A stretch of DNA of 64,000 nt from Salinivirgaceae bacterium (GTDB lineage Bacteria > Bacteroidota > Bacteroidia > Bacteroidales > SZUA-534), in contig JAGCFC010000133.1 in NCBI GenBank assembly GCA_017650325.1, positions 3,214 through 67,213 of the forward strand. The letters are read 5' to 3'. Below the pieces are notes generated by a model that did no database searches, had not been told where the DNA came from, and worked only from the letters and a program-made list of their open reading frames with translations. Made by a program: the position numbers and the translations under genes. Positions 1-8,863 of the stretch are shown here, piece by piece. Position 1 is the first letter of the stretch. Each line of letters starts with the position of its first letter.

Positions 1-50
1 TCTTAATCCTACTTGTTATCAATTTGGTTTTCAAGAAGAAAAAGAAATAA
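1..50 (+). CDS. 3' end of an unidentified upstream gene, truncated by the window edge
   Basis: Open frame to TAA at 48-50 reads ...LILLVINLVFKKKKK*, a hydrophobic segment with a Lys tail. A terminator hairpin follows at 66-96. Confidence 0.3.
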   Translation, partial: LILLVINLVFKKKKK

Positions 51-65
51 CAAGCAACCAACTTT

Positions 66-96
66 AAAAGGCCGGACTTGCAATTCGGCCTTTTTT
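66..96 (+). terminator. Rho-independent terminator
   Basis: GGCCG (70-74) pairs with CGGCC (86-90) across an 11-nt loop. TTTTTT follows at 91-96 and an A-run precedes the stem. Confidence 0.6.
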
Positions 97-120
97 ATGT
101 GGTACAGACAATGCCCCAAC

Positions 121-144
121 ACCTAACACCCTATACCTAACACC
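121..144 (+). repeat. 10-bp direct repeat ACCTAACACC x2 with a 4-bp spacer, ending 7 nt before the ATG at 152
   Basis: Read directly: 121-130 and 135-144 are identical. Function is unknown; it may be an operator. Confidence 0.9.
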
Positions 145-151
145 TTATACC

Positions 152-826
152 ATGTCAATCACAGAACAACTATTCGCTCTTCAAGATGTTGCCTATGGCG
201 ATTTCCAAGCAAAGCTGATGCCCACAATCGACCGCAAGACTATTATTGGCGTGCGTACGCCGGCATTGCGGAAACTTGCCCAACAGATTTATAAAACCGC
301 AGCATGGCAAGAGTTCATTGGCCAGTTGCCGCACCGCTATTACGAGGAGGACAATCTGCATGCTTTCATTGTTGCGAAAATTGCTGATTTTGACGAGGCC
401 ATGCGCCAAACCGAACGTTTACTGCCATATATCGACAATTGGGCTACCTGCGACCAGTTCACGCCAGCGGTGTTCAAAAAGCACCCCGACGAACTGCTGC
501 AAGCCGTCAGGCGATGGATTACAAGCAGCCACACATACACCGTCCGTTTCGCCATTAAAATGCTTATGACCTTCTATTTAGACAACCTTTTCAAACCCGA
601 ATACGCTCAAATGGTTGCCAATGTCAAATCCGACGAGTATTACATTAAAATGATGATAGCCTGGTATTTCGCCACCGCTTTGGCAAAACAGTACGACACC
701 GCCATTGGTTTCATCAACAGCCGCTGCCTCGACACATGGACTCACAACAAAGCCATTCAGAAAGCCATCGAAAGTTACCGCATTAGCGACGAGCAGAAAG
801 TTTTTTTAAGAAGTCTAAAAATATGA
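152..826 (+). CDS. DNA alkylation repair protein (AlkD/HEAT-repeat-like family)
   Basis: 224 aa. The N-terminus ...DVAYGDFQAKLMPTIDRKTIIGVRTPALRKLA... and the helical-repeat architecture are typical of the 'DNA alkylation repair enzyme' family. Confidence 0.75.
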   Translation: MSITEQLFALQDVAYGDFQAKLMPTIDRKTIIGVRTPALRKLAQQIYKTAAWQEFIGQLPHRYYEEDNLHAFIVAKIADFDEAMRQTERLLPYIDNWATCDQFTPAVFKKHPDELLQAVRRWITSSHTYTVRFAIKMLMTFYLDNLFKPEYAQMVANVKSDEYYIKMMIAWYFATALAKQYDTAIGFINSRCLDTWTHNKAIQKAIESYRISDEQKVFLRSLKI

Positions 827-957
827 ATACCGCATATATGCGGCGTCACCATACTATTTATATATGCAAATATTAAATTTGTTTTATTCATCTAAATGCC
901 TTTACTTTGCGTGATTTTTAAAAATAAAGTCTAACTTATTAATTTAATTTATTTTAA

Positions 958-2850
958 ATGGAAAAAGAGAATCAGAAAACTCAAGAAATTGAGAGCGAAG
1001 AGGCATTCGAACTTGCCGCTCCGCAGCAACAACAAGTGGTGAAACCAGAAGATTTCGACTGGGACGCCTATGAAAATGGTGGTGTTGTATCGAGCACCGA
1101 ACGTGGCAAACTCGAGGAGATGTACAGCAACACTCTCTCATCAATCACTGAGAATGAGGTGGTTGACGGCACAATCGTTGCCATGAACAAACGCGAGGCT
1201 TTGGTCAACATCGGCTACAAGTCAGAGGGCGTTATCAACATGAACGAATTCCGCTACAACCCGGATTTGAAGGTTGGCGACAAAGTTGAGGTTTATGTTG
1301 AAAGCCAGGAAGACCGTAACGGTCAACTTTCACTGTCACACAAGAAAGCACGCGCACTGCGCTCTTGGGACCGTGTTAATCAGGCACTTGAACAAGACGA
1401 AATCATCAAGGGTTACATCAAATGCCGTACTAAAGGCGGCATGATTGTCGACGTATTCGGCATCGAGGCATTCTTGCCAGGTTCGCAAATCGACGTTAAG
1501 CCAATCCGCGACTACGATGTATTCGTTGGCAAGACCATGGAATTCAAAGTTGTTAAAATCAACCACGAATTCAAGAATGTTGTTGTTTCGCACAAAGCTC
1601 TCATCGAGGCTGAACTCGAGCAGCAGAAGAAAGACATCATCTCGAAACTCGAGAAGGGTCAGGTTCTTGAGGGAACTGTTAAAAATATCACATCTTACGG
1701 TGTATTCATCGACCTTGGCGGTGTTGACGGACTTATCCACATCACCGACCTGTCATGGGGCCGCATCCAACATCCGGAAGAAATCGTTCAGCTCGACCAG
1801 AAGCTCAACGTTGTTATCCTTGACTTCGACGACGACAAGAAACGCATTGCTCTCGGCTTGAAACAGCTGACTCCGCATCCATGGGATGCTCTTGACGCAA
1901 ACTTGAAGGTTGGCGACAAGGTTAAGGGTAAAGTTGTTGTGATGGCTGACTACGGCGCATTCGTTGAAATCGCTCCGGGCGTTGAAGGTCTTATCCACGT
2001 TTCTGAAATGTCATGGTCGCAGCACTTGCGCAGCGCCAACGAATTCCTGAACGTAGGTGACGAGGTTGAGGCTGTCATCCTGACTCTCGACCGCGAAGAG
2101 CGTAAGATGTCACTCGGCATGAAGCAACTGAAACCAGATCCATGGGAGAAGATTGCTGACCAATATGCCGTTGGTACAAAACACACCGCAAAAGTTCGCA
2201 ACTTCACCACATTCGGTGTATTTGTTGAGATTGAGGAAGGCGTTGACGGTCTTATCCACATCTCTGACCTGTCGTGGACCAAGAAAATCAAACACCCTGC
2301 AGAGTTCACCACCATTGGTGCTGACATCGAGGTTGTTGTTCTCGAAATCGACAAGGAGAACCGTCGTCTGCGCTTAGGCCACAAACAACTCGAGGAGAAT
2401 CCTTGGGATGTATTCGAGACATTGTTCACCGTTGATTCAATCCACGAAGGAACAATCATCGAGCTGACTGAGAAGGGTGCTGTTGTAGCTCTGCCTTACG
2501 GCGTTGAGGGCTTCGCAACTCCGAAACATCTTGTAAAAGAGGATGGTACTCAGGCAAAACTCGACGAGAAACTCGAGTTCAAGGTTATTGAGTTCAACAA
2601 AGAAGGCCGCAAGATTATAGTTAGCCACTCGCGCATCTTCGAAGACGCTAAACGCGGCGAGGAGAAAGCAAAGAAGGAAACTGCAGCAAAAGCCACCAAG
2701 AAAGCGACTAAGAAGATTGCCGACAGCATCGAAAAGACAACACTTGGAGATATTGCCGAACTGGCCGCTCTGAAGGATGAAATGGCTCAGGCTGAGAAAC
2801 CTAAGGCAACTAAAAAGGCTAAAAAAGACGACGCAGCTGAGGAAAAATAA
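958..2850 (+). CDS. rpsA: 30S ribosomal protein S1
   Basis: 630 aa with six tandem S1 (OB-fold) repeats, e.g. GxVxxItxyGaFVdlGGVDGLIHISDLSW recurring. It ends in a Lys/Ala-rich tail. Confidence 0.95.
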   Translation: MEKENQKTQEIESEEAFELAAPQQQQVVKPEDFDWDAYENGGVVSSTERGKLEEMYSNTLSSITENEVVDGTIVAMNKREALVNIGYKSEGVINMNEFRYNPDLKVGDKVEVYVESQEDRNGQLSLSHKKARALRSWDRVNQALEQDEIIKGYIKCRTKGGMIVDVFGIEAFLPGSQIDVKPIRDYDVFVGKTMEFKVVKINHEFKNVVVSHKALIEAELEQQKKDIISKLEKGQVLEGTVKNITSYGVFIDLGGVDGLIHITDLSWGRIQHPEEIVQLDQKLNVVILDFDDDKKRIALGLKQLTPHPWDALDANLKVGDKVKGKVVVMADYGAFVEIAPGVEGLIHVSEMSWSQHLRSANEFLNVGDEVEAVILTLDREERKMSLGMKQLKPDPWEKIADQYAVGTKHTAKVRNFTTFGVFVEIEEGVDGLIHISDLSWTKKIKHPAEFTTIGADIEVVVLEIDKENRRLRLGHKQLEENPWDVFETLFTVDSIHEGTIIELTEKGAVVALPYGVEGFATPKHLVKEDGTQAKLDEKLEFKVIEFNKEGRKIIVSHSRIFEDAKRGEEKAKKETAAKATKKATKKIADSIEKTTLGDIAELAALKDEMAQAEKPKATKKAKKDDAAEEK

Positions 2851-2891
2851 ATTTTTCCGAATGATTTTATAGCACGATGAATTGTTTTTTC

Positions 2892-2899
2892 TATATTTG
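2892..2899 (+). promoter_or_regulatory. Candidate Bacteroidetes -7 promoter box (TAnnTTTG)
   Basis: TATATTTG lies 25 nt upstream of the ATG at 2925. Confidence 0.4.
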
Positions 2900-2924
2900 A
2901 GGTACAAAACAAATCACATCTGAT

Positions 2925-3269
2925 ATGGAATTCAAAATCGAAAAACTTGACAACTTCACGCAGATTGAAGTTCTGATAGACAAACTCGATACTCATATAG
3001 CGCCATCGCTGAAATCGGAGTTAGTGCTGATTGCCGGAAACGGAGAAAAGAACATCATTCTTGATTTAAGCAATTGCAGATATTGCGATTCGTCGGGTTT
3101 GAGCGCCATTCTGGTGGCAAACCGCCTTTGCAAAAACGCCAACGGTGTATTTGTTCTGGCAGGCCTGCAAACTGCAGTTGAGCGCTTGATTACCATATCA
3201 CAACTCGACACTGTGCTTAACATTACCAAGACTGTCGATGAGGCTATAGGAATCATTAACAAGGCATAA
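2925..3269 (+). CDS. STAS-domain protein (anti-sigma-factor antagonist family)
   Basis: 114 aa. It has ...ILDLSNCRYCDSSGLSAILVANR..., with the conserved DSSGL phospho-serine motif of the SpoIIAA/STAS fold. Confidence 0.8.
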   Translation: MEFKIEKLDNFTQIEVLIDKLDTHIAPSLKSELVLIAGNGEKNIILDLSNCRYCDSSGLSAILVANRLCKNANGVFVLAGLQTAVERLITISQLDTVLNITKTVDEAIGIINKA

Positions 3270-4187
3270 ATGTCTTTATCGCTGAAAATATTGGGGTGTA
3301 GTTCGGCAACGCCTACACCGCAAAGATACTCAACCGCTCAAGTGCTCAACGTACTTGAGCGGTTCTTTTTAATTGACTGCGGCGAAGGTGCGCAAATCAA
3401 TATGCGACGGTTCGGAGTGAACATGCTGCGCATCAACCACATCTTCATCAGTCACGCCCACGGCGACCATTTTCTTGGGTTGCCAGGCGTTATTTCGAGT
3501 ATGAGCATGCAAGGACGCACATCGGACCTGCACATCTACTGCCACCAAAAACTTCACACTCTTTTAGACACATTCATCGGCACTTTTGAAATGCCGATGC
3601 CATACAACATCATCTATCATCACCTGACATACGAGAACGGGCTCACATTGCTCTATGAGGATGAGAAAGTTACGGTTCACTCCTTCCCTCTCCGACACCG
3701 CGTTCCGACCTGCGGATTCCTGTTCCGCGAGAAGCCGAAACTACGGCACCTTAACGGAAATCTAGCCAATGAGTTGGAGATACCCATAAGCAAGCGTTTC
3801 GGCATCAAGCAAGGCGATGACTACACCGCCCCCGACGGCACCGTTTACCCAAACAGCACAATCACCGATGACCCCGACCGCTCGTGTTCATACGCCTTTA
3901 TGTCGGACACGGTGAAGCTGACAAAGGCCGTTCCCTGGATTGAGAGCGTTGACCTGCTATACCATGAGGCCACCTACGGAGAGGATAATCTGAAACGCGC
4001 CCGCGACAACAACCACTCGACTGCCAAACAGGCGGCCGAAATTGCGCTGGCTGCCAAAGTCGGGAAATTGGTCATCGGACATTATTCTAATAGGTATAAA
4101 AACCTACAGCCGCTACTAGACGAAGCACGAAACGTGTTTCCCGAAACGTATCTCGCTAACGACGGGGCGGTGTTCGAGGTGAAATGA
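3270..4187 (+). CDS. rnz: Ribonuclease Z (metallo-beta-lactamase fold)
   Basis: 305 aa. It starts LKILGCSSATPT..., carries the HxHxDH motif (SHAHGDHFLGL), and ends with a HYS motif. The start codon directly follows the STAS gene stop codon. Confidence 0.9.
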   Translation: MSLSLKILGCSSATPTPQRYSTAQVLNVLERFFLIDCGEGAQINMRRFGVNMLRINHIFISHAHGDHFLGLPGVISSMSMQGRTSDLHIYCHQKLHTLLDTFIGTFEMPMPYNIIYHHLTYENGLTLLYEDEKVTVHSFPLRHRVPTCGFLFREKPKLRHLNGNLANELEIPISKRFGIKQGDDYTAPDGTVYPNSTITDDPDRSCSYAFMSDTVKLTKAVPWIESVDLLYHEATYGEDNLKRARDNNHSTAKQAAEIALAAKVGKLVIGHYSNRYKNLQPLLDEARNVFPETYLANDGAVFEVK

Positions 4188-4193
4188 GCGAGT

Positions 4194-4217
4194 AAGGTTG
4201 GTTTTGTTAGCAACCTT
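4194..4217 (+). terminator. Possible weak terminator hairpin after rnz
   Basis: AAGGTTG (4194-4200) pairs with CAACCTT (4211-4217), and a short T-run follows. Confidence 0.35.
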
Positions 4218-4273
4218 TTCAAAAATCACAGCAAACGGCTGAAACAAAGCCTACACCACGAACTGCATTTTTC

Positions 4274-4281
4274 TATCTTTG
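4274..4281 (+). promoter_or_regulatory. Candidate -7 promoter box (TAnnTTTG) for guaA
   Basis: TATCTTTG lies 19 nt upstream of the ATG at 4301. Confidence 0.45.
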
Positions 4282-4300
4282 CGCAAAATTTCGAACTGAT

Positions 4301-6097
4301 ATGCAAGATAAAATCATCGTTCTTGACTTTGGCGGACAGTATGCCCACCTGATTGCCAACCGCGTACGTCGGTTGGGCGTTTTCACCGAAATCCACTCAC
4401 CGGCAGCACCTGTCGAAGAGTTGGCTGGCGCAAAAGGCATCATCTACAGCGGCGGACCGGCAAGCGTTTATGCCGCCGACGCACCCGACTACAATCCTGA
4501 AATTCTGAACATTCCGGTTCCGAAACTGGGTATCTGCTACGGACACCAACTTATTGCGTCGCAACTGGGCGGAACGGTCAAGCCGGGAAAGGTGAAAGAG
4601 TACGGCATATCGGATTTGATTATCGGCGATAGCCAACACCCGCTGCTCAAAGGCATTCCGGCATCGTCGCCAATGTGGATGAGCCACGGTGATTCTGTTT
4701 CGCAACTTCCTGACGGATACCGCATTATAGCATCAACCAAAGACTGCCCCATTGCCGCTGTAGCGATGGACGAACGCAAGATTTACGGCATTCAGTTCCA
4801 CCCCGAAGTAACGCACAGCAAATTCGGAATGCAACTTCTGGACAACTTCATCGGCATCTGCCAATGCGAGCGGAATTGGAATATGAAGAGTTATATGCCG
4901 CTGATTTCTGAGAAGATACGCACCGAAGTTGGCACCCGCAAGGTGTTCCTGCTTGTGTCGGGCGGCGTTGACAGTACTGTGGCTTTCGTCCTGCTCAACA
5001 AGGTGCTTGGCACCGACCGTGTTATGGGCCTGCACATCGACAACGGAATGATGCGTATGGACGAGTCGCAGAAGATTATCGAGTTCCTGAAGGCCGAAGG
5101 AATGCACAATCTGCGCGTGGTTGACGCCACCGCCGATTTTCTGGGCCAACTCGAAGGAATAACCGCACCCGAAGAGAAACGCAAACGCATCGGCGCAACG
5201 TTCCTGACGGTGAAAGACAAGGAAATGAGCAAGTTGAACCTTGACCCGAAAGAGTGGATGATTGCGCAAGGCACCATCTACCCCGACACAATCGAGAGCG
5301 GTGGAACCAAAAACGCCGACCTGATAAAAACCCACCACAACCGCGTGAAGGAAGTGATGGACCTGATGGCGCAAGGCCTTCTGCTTGAGCCACTTGCCGA
5401 CCTTTACAAAGACGAAGTGCGTATGCTCGGCGAAGAACTTGGCATTCCGCACAACCTTGTATGGCGCCACCCCTTCCCCGGTCCGGGTCTTGGCGTGCGC
5501 CTACTCTGCACCGACGGCAAAGGCGAATTTGCATCGAACGCCGATGTTGAAGGTTTGGACAAATATTTGAAAGACAACAATATCGAAGGCCGCGTTCTGC
5601 CGGTGAAAAGTGTGGGCGTTCAGGGTGACGGCCGCACCTACGCACAACCTTTCCTACTGACTTCGAAAAACTTGAGTTGGAAAGAGTGCGAACGATTCAG
5701 CACAGAACTCGTCAACCGATTCAAAGTCATCAACCGCGTTATCTGGCAGGTTGGCACCGTTTCTGACGAGATGCCGAAACTGGTTGCTCAATACGCCACC
5801 AAAGATAAATTCGACACTCTGCGCAAATTCGACAACATCTGCACCGAATTCCTGCAAGCCAACGACCTTTACGAGAAAATCTGGCAGATGCCTGTGGTTC
5901 TGACACCGCTGCGAGTGCAAGACAAACCCTGCATTGTGATGCGCCCCGTGAACAGCTCGGAAGCAATGACGGCCAACTTTGCCGAAATCAACCAAACGCT
6001 GCTCGACGGCCTGTGGCAACAGTTTATGGCCGACGGCGCCGGCTCGCTTTGGTACGACGTAACACACAAACCGCCGGGAACAATTGAGTGGGAATAG
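4301..6097 (+). CDS. guaA: Glutamine-hydrolysing GMP synthase, long form
   Basis: 598 aa. It has a class-I GATase (GICYGHQL, HPEV), the PP-loop SGGVDSTV, FPGPGLGVR, and the C-terminal signature KPPGTIEWE. Confidence 0.85.
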   Translation: MQDKIIVLDFGGQYAHLIANRVRRLGVFTEIHSPAAPVEELAGAKGIIYSGGPASVYAADAPDYNPEILNIPVPKLGICYGHQLIASQLGGTVKPGKVKEYGISDLIIGDSQHPLLKGIPASSPMWMSHGDSVSQLPDGYRIIASTKDCPIAAVAMDERKIYGIQFHPEVTHSKFGMQLLDNFIGICQCERNWNMKSYMPLISEKIRTEVGTRKVFLLVSGGVDSTVAFVLLNKVLGTDRVMGLHIDNGMMRMDESQKIIEFLKAEGMHNLRVVDATADFLGQLEGITAPEEKRKRIGATFLTVKDKEMSKLNLDPKEWMIAQGTIYPDTIESGGTKNADLIKTHHNRVKEVMDLMAQGLLLEPLADLYKDEVRMLGEELGIPHNLVWRHPFPGPGLGVRLLCTDGKGEFASNADVEGLDKYLKDNNIEGRVLPVKSVGVQGDGRTYAQPFLLTSKNLSWKECERFSTELVNRFKVINRVIWQVGTVSDEMPKLVAQYATKDKFDTLRKFDNICTEFLQANDLYEKIWQMPVVLTPLRVQDKPCIVMRPVNSSEAMTANFAEINQTLLDGLWQQFMADGAGSLWYDVTHKPPGTIEWE

Positions 6098-6191
6098 ACT
6101 GATGTGATGTTAACTATTGTATAATAAAAACAAACGCACAGACAACTTTTTTACCAAAGATTTAGTTTTCTTTGCCATTCGTTAACGACAA

Positions 6192-6671
6192 TTGATTATG
6201 AGCGATAATCACAACATCGACGAACTTGATAAAAAGATTCTGTCGATAATTTCGAAGAACGCACGCACACCTTTCCTTGAGGTGGCTCGCGAGTGCGGAG
6301 TGTCAGGTGCAGCCGTCCACCAGAGGGTTCAACGACTTACCAACATTGGCATAATCACCGGTTCCGAATTCATTGTCAGCCCGCAGAATCTGGGCTACAA
6401 GACATGCGCCTTTGTGGGTATCAATCTGAAAAAAGCATGCCTTTATCAGGACATTGCCGAAGAGTTGTACAAAATCCCCGAAATTATTGAATGTCACTAT
6501 GTTACTGGCAACTATTCACTATTTATCAAAGTGATGGCTCACGATAATGAGCACTTGCGCAAGATATTGTCGGACAAGTTGCAACGGCTCGACATTGTTG
6601 AGCGCACAGAAACTATCATCTCGCTCGAGGAGAGTTTCCGCCGCCAATTCCCAATCGAATCAAAAGAATAA
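6192..6671 (+). CDS. Lrp/AsnC family transcriptional regulator
   Basis: 159 aa. It has an N-terminal HTH (LDKKILSIISKNARTPFLEVARECGVSGAAVHQRVQRL) followed by an RAM/ACT-like domain. Confidence 0.9.
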   Translation: MIMSDNHNIDELDKKILSIISKNARTPFLEVARECGVSGAAVHQRVQRLTNIGIITGSEFIVSPQNLGYKTCAFVGINLKKACLYQDIAEELYKIPEIIECHYVTGNYSLFIKVMAHDNEHLRKILSDKLQRLDIVERTETIISLEESFRRQFPIESKE

Positions 6672-6706
6672 CAAATAATTATAAATCTACAACAATTTAA
6701 ATCGAT

Positions 6707-7987
6707 ATGAACAAGGACAACGTTGTTTTCGACCTTATAGACAAGGAGTACGCCCGCCAGAAGCGCGGAATTGAGATGATTGCATCAGAGAACTTTGTAA
6801 GCGACCAGGTTATGCAGGCCATGGGTTCGTGCCTGACCAACAAATATGCCGAAGGCTACCCTGGCAAACGCCACTACGGCGGCTGCGAGGTGGTTGACGA
6901 AGTTGAGACACTGGCCATCGATCGCTTGAAGAAAATCTACGGCGCAGAATACGCTAACGTTCAGCCGCACTCTGGCGCACAGGCCAATGCAGCCGTTCTG
7001 CTGGCAGTGCTGAAACCGGGTGACAAATTTATGGGACTCGACCTTGCCCACGGCGGACACCTTTCACACGGCTCTGCTGTGAACACTTCTGGTTTGATTT
7101 ACACCCCGTGCGCCTACCACCTGAACAAGGAAACAGGCCGCGTTGACTACGACGAGATGGAAGAAGTGGCAATGCGCGAGAAACCGAAATTGATTATCGG
7201 TGGTGGCTCGGCCTACAGCCGCGAATGGGACTACAAGCGTATGCGCCAGATTGCCGATGCTTGCGGCGCTCTGCTTATGATTGATATGGCTCACCCTGCA
7301 GGTCTTATCGCAGCCGGGCTGCTCGACAACCCTGTAAAATATGCCGACATTGTAACATCAACAACTCACAAGACTCTGCGCGGACCACGCGGCGGTATCA
7401 TCTTGATTGGCAAAGATTTCCCGAATCCGTTCGGCAAAACCACAAAAAAAGGCGAAATCCGCTCGATGGGCAGCCTGATTAACTCGGCCGTGTTCCCAGG
7501 ACAACAAGGCGGACCGCTCGAGCACGTGATTGCAGCCAAAGCCGTTGCTTTCGGTGAGGCTCTCACTCCAGAGTTCAAAGAGTATCAGAAACAAGTTCAG
7601 AAGAACGCCGCTGCCCTTGCAAAAGGCATGATGAACAAAGGCTTCTACATTGTTTCTGGCGGAACTGACAACCACTCAATGTTGGTTGACCTTCGTCCGA
7701 AATATGCAGACCTTACTGGTAAAGTGGCTGAAAAAGCACTTGTTGCTGCCGACATCACAGTGAATATGAACCTTGTACCGTTCGATACCCGCTCTGCAAT
7801 GCAGACCAGCGGCTTGCGTCTTGGCACACCAGCCATCACCACCCGCGGCTTGAAAGAATCGGATATGGACATTATCGTGGATATGATTGACCGCGTTTTG
7901 GCCGATCCTGAAAACGAGAGCGTTATAGCAAAAGTTAAAGCTGAAGTCAACGAAATGATGATGCCGCGCCCAATGTTTGCGTGGTAA
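6707..7987 (+). CDS. glyA: Serine hydroxymethyltransferase
   Basis: 426 aa. It has [22 protein letters not shown]-like, and the PLP-lysine motif [14 protein letters not shown]. Confidence 0.95.
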   Translation: MNKDNVVFDLIDKEYARQKRGIEMIASENFVSDQVMQAMGSCLTNKYAEGYPGKRHYGGCEVVDEVETLAIDRLKKIYGAEYANVQPHSGAQANAAVLLAVLKPGDKFMGLDLAHGGHLSHGSAVNTSGLIYTPCAYHLNKETGRVDYDEMEEVAMREKPKLIIGGGSAYSREWDYKRMRQIADACGALLMIDMAHPAGLIAAGLLDNPVKYADIVTSTTHKTLRGPRGGIILIGKDFPNPFGKTTKKGEIRSMGSLINSAVFPGQQGGPLEHVIAAKAVAFGEALTPEFKEYQKQVQKNAAALAKGMMNKGFYIVSGGTDNHSMLVDLRPKYADLTGKVAEKALVAADITVNMNLVPFDTRSAMQTSGLRLGTPAITTRGLKESDMDIIVDMIDRVLADPENESVIAKVKAEVNEMMMPRPMFAW

Positions 7988-8010
7988 TAAAATCATACAG
8001 AAAAAAAATG

Positions 8011-8045
8011 CCCGTCGAGCCAATTTGGACGACGGGTATTTTTTT
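8011..8045 (+). terminator. Rho-independent terminator after glyA
   Basis: CCCGTCG (8011-8017) pairs with CGACGGG (8030-8036). A T-run follows at 8039-8045. Confidence 0.7.
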
Positions 8046-8118
8046 GCAAAAAAACATCAGAAAAAAGTCGGTTTTTGAACCGATATTAATACCTTTACCA
8101 CAATTGAAAAAATGAATC

Positions 8119-8823
8119 TTGGACAGCAGTAATTACAACATATTCATTATCTGCAAGCGCTTGTGTGTCATTGCTTTATTGTGTTTTGCGGTGTTTTGCG
8201 GCTGCACCGACAAAGGTCAGCGCAATAACATCAGCGAAGGCTCGATGAAGTTCAAAATCACCTATCTGCAAACAGAAAAGGAGAACCCGATAATCGGGTT
8301 GCTGCCATCAACGATAATGATGCATTTCAAAAATGACAAAGTTCTTCTTGAAATGGAAGGTTGGTTGGGCATATTCAGGTCGGCATTTATAAAAGACGGC
8401 CGTCGGAACGCTTACACCCTACTCAAAATCTTGAACAAGAAATACTTATATGTGTCAAAATCGGAAGAGGGATACTATGGCATGGGGAAACCAGACAATT
8501 TGCAAATCGATTTCGATGAGGTTGACAAGGAAATCATCGGATTCCACTGCAACCACGCAACCGTAACTATCGACACAATTTCATTCGATGTGTTCTACAC
8601 AACCGACATCAAAATTAACAACGCCACAGCTAATACTCCGCTCGACAAAATTCCTGGAATGCCGATGGATTTCAGACTTGAAATGAACGGCATACCAATG
8701 CATCTTGAAGCAATTGAATTCATTAACGAAAAAATAGCGGATAAAACATTCGAGATTCCTGAAGGCTACGAGCGCGTGAAACGTTCACAAATGGACGAGA
8801 TTTTCAATGGAATAGGCAAATAA
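8119..8823 (+). CDS. Hypothetical lipoprotein; start uncertain (TTG in the ORF track)
   Basis: 234 aa. A hydrophobic N-terminus ends in ...FAVFCGC, which is lipobox-like. No family recognised. Confidence 0.55.
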   Translation: MDSSNYNIFIICKRLCVIALLCFAVFCGCTDKGQRNNISEGSMKFKITYLQTEKENPIIGLLPSTIMMHFKNDKVLLEMEGWLGIFRSAFIKDGRRNAYTLLKILNKKYLYVSKSEEGYYGMGKPDNLQIDFDEVDKEIIGFHCNHATVTIDTISFDVFYTTDIKINNATANTPLDKIPGMPMDFRLEMNGIPMHLEAIEFINEKIADKTFEIPEGYERVKRSQMDEIFNGIGK

Positions 8824-8863
8824 CATTGCTTTTTTTTCGTTACTATCCTGAAATATTTTCATT

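Noticed and set aside
830-843. The 14-bp palindrome CCGCATATATGCGG just after the stop of the alkylation-repair gene, as a possible terminator.
   Set aside because: The stem is short and no T-run follows, so I cannot support it as a terminator. It may still form a weak hairpin.
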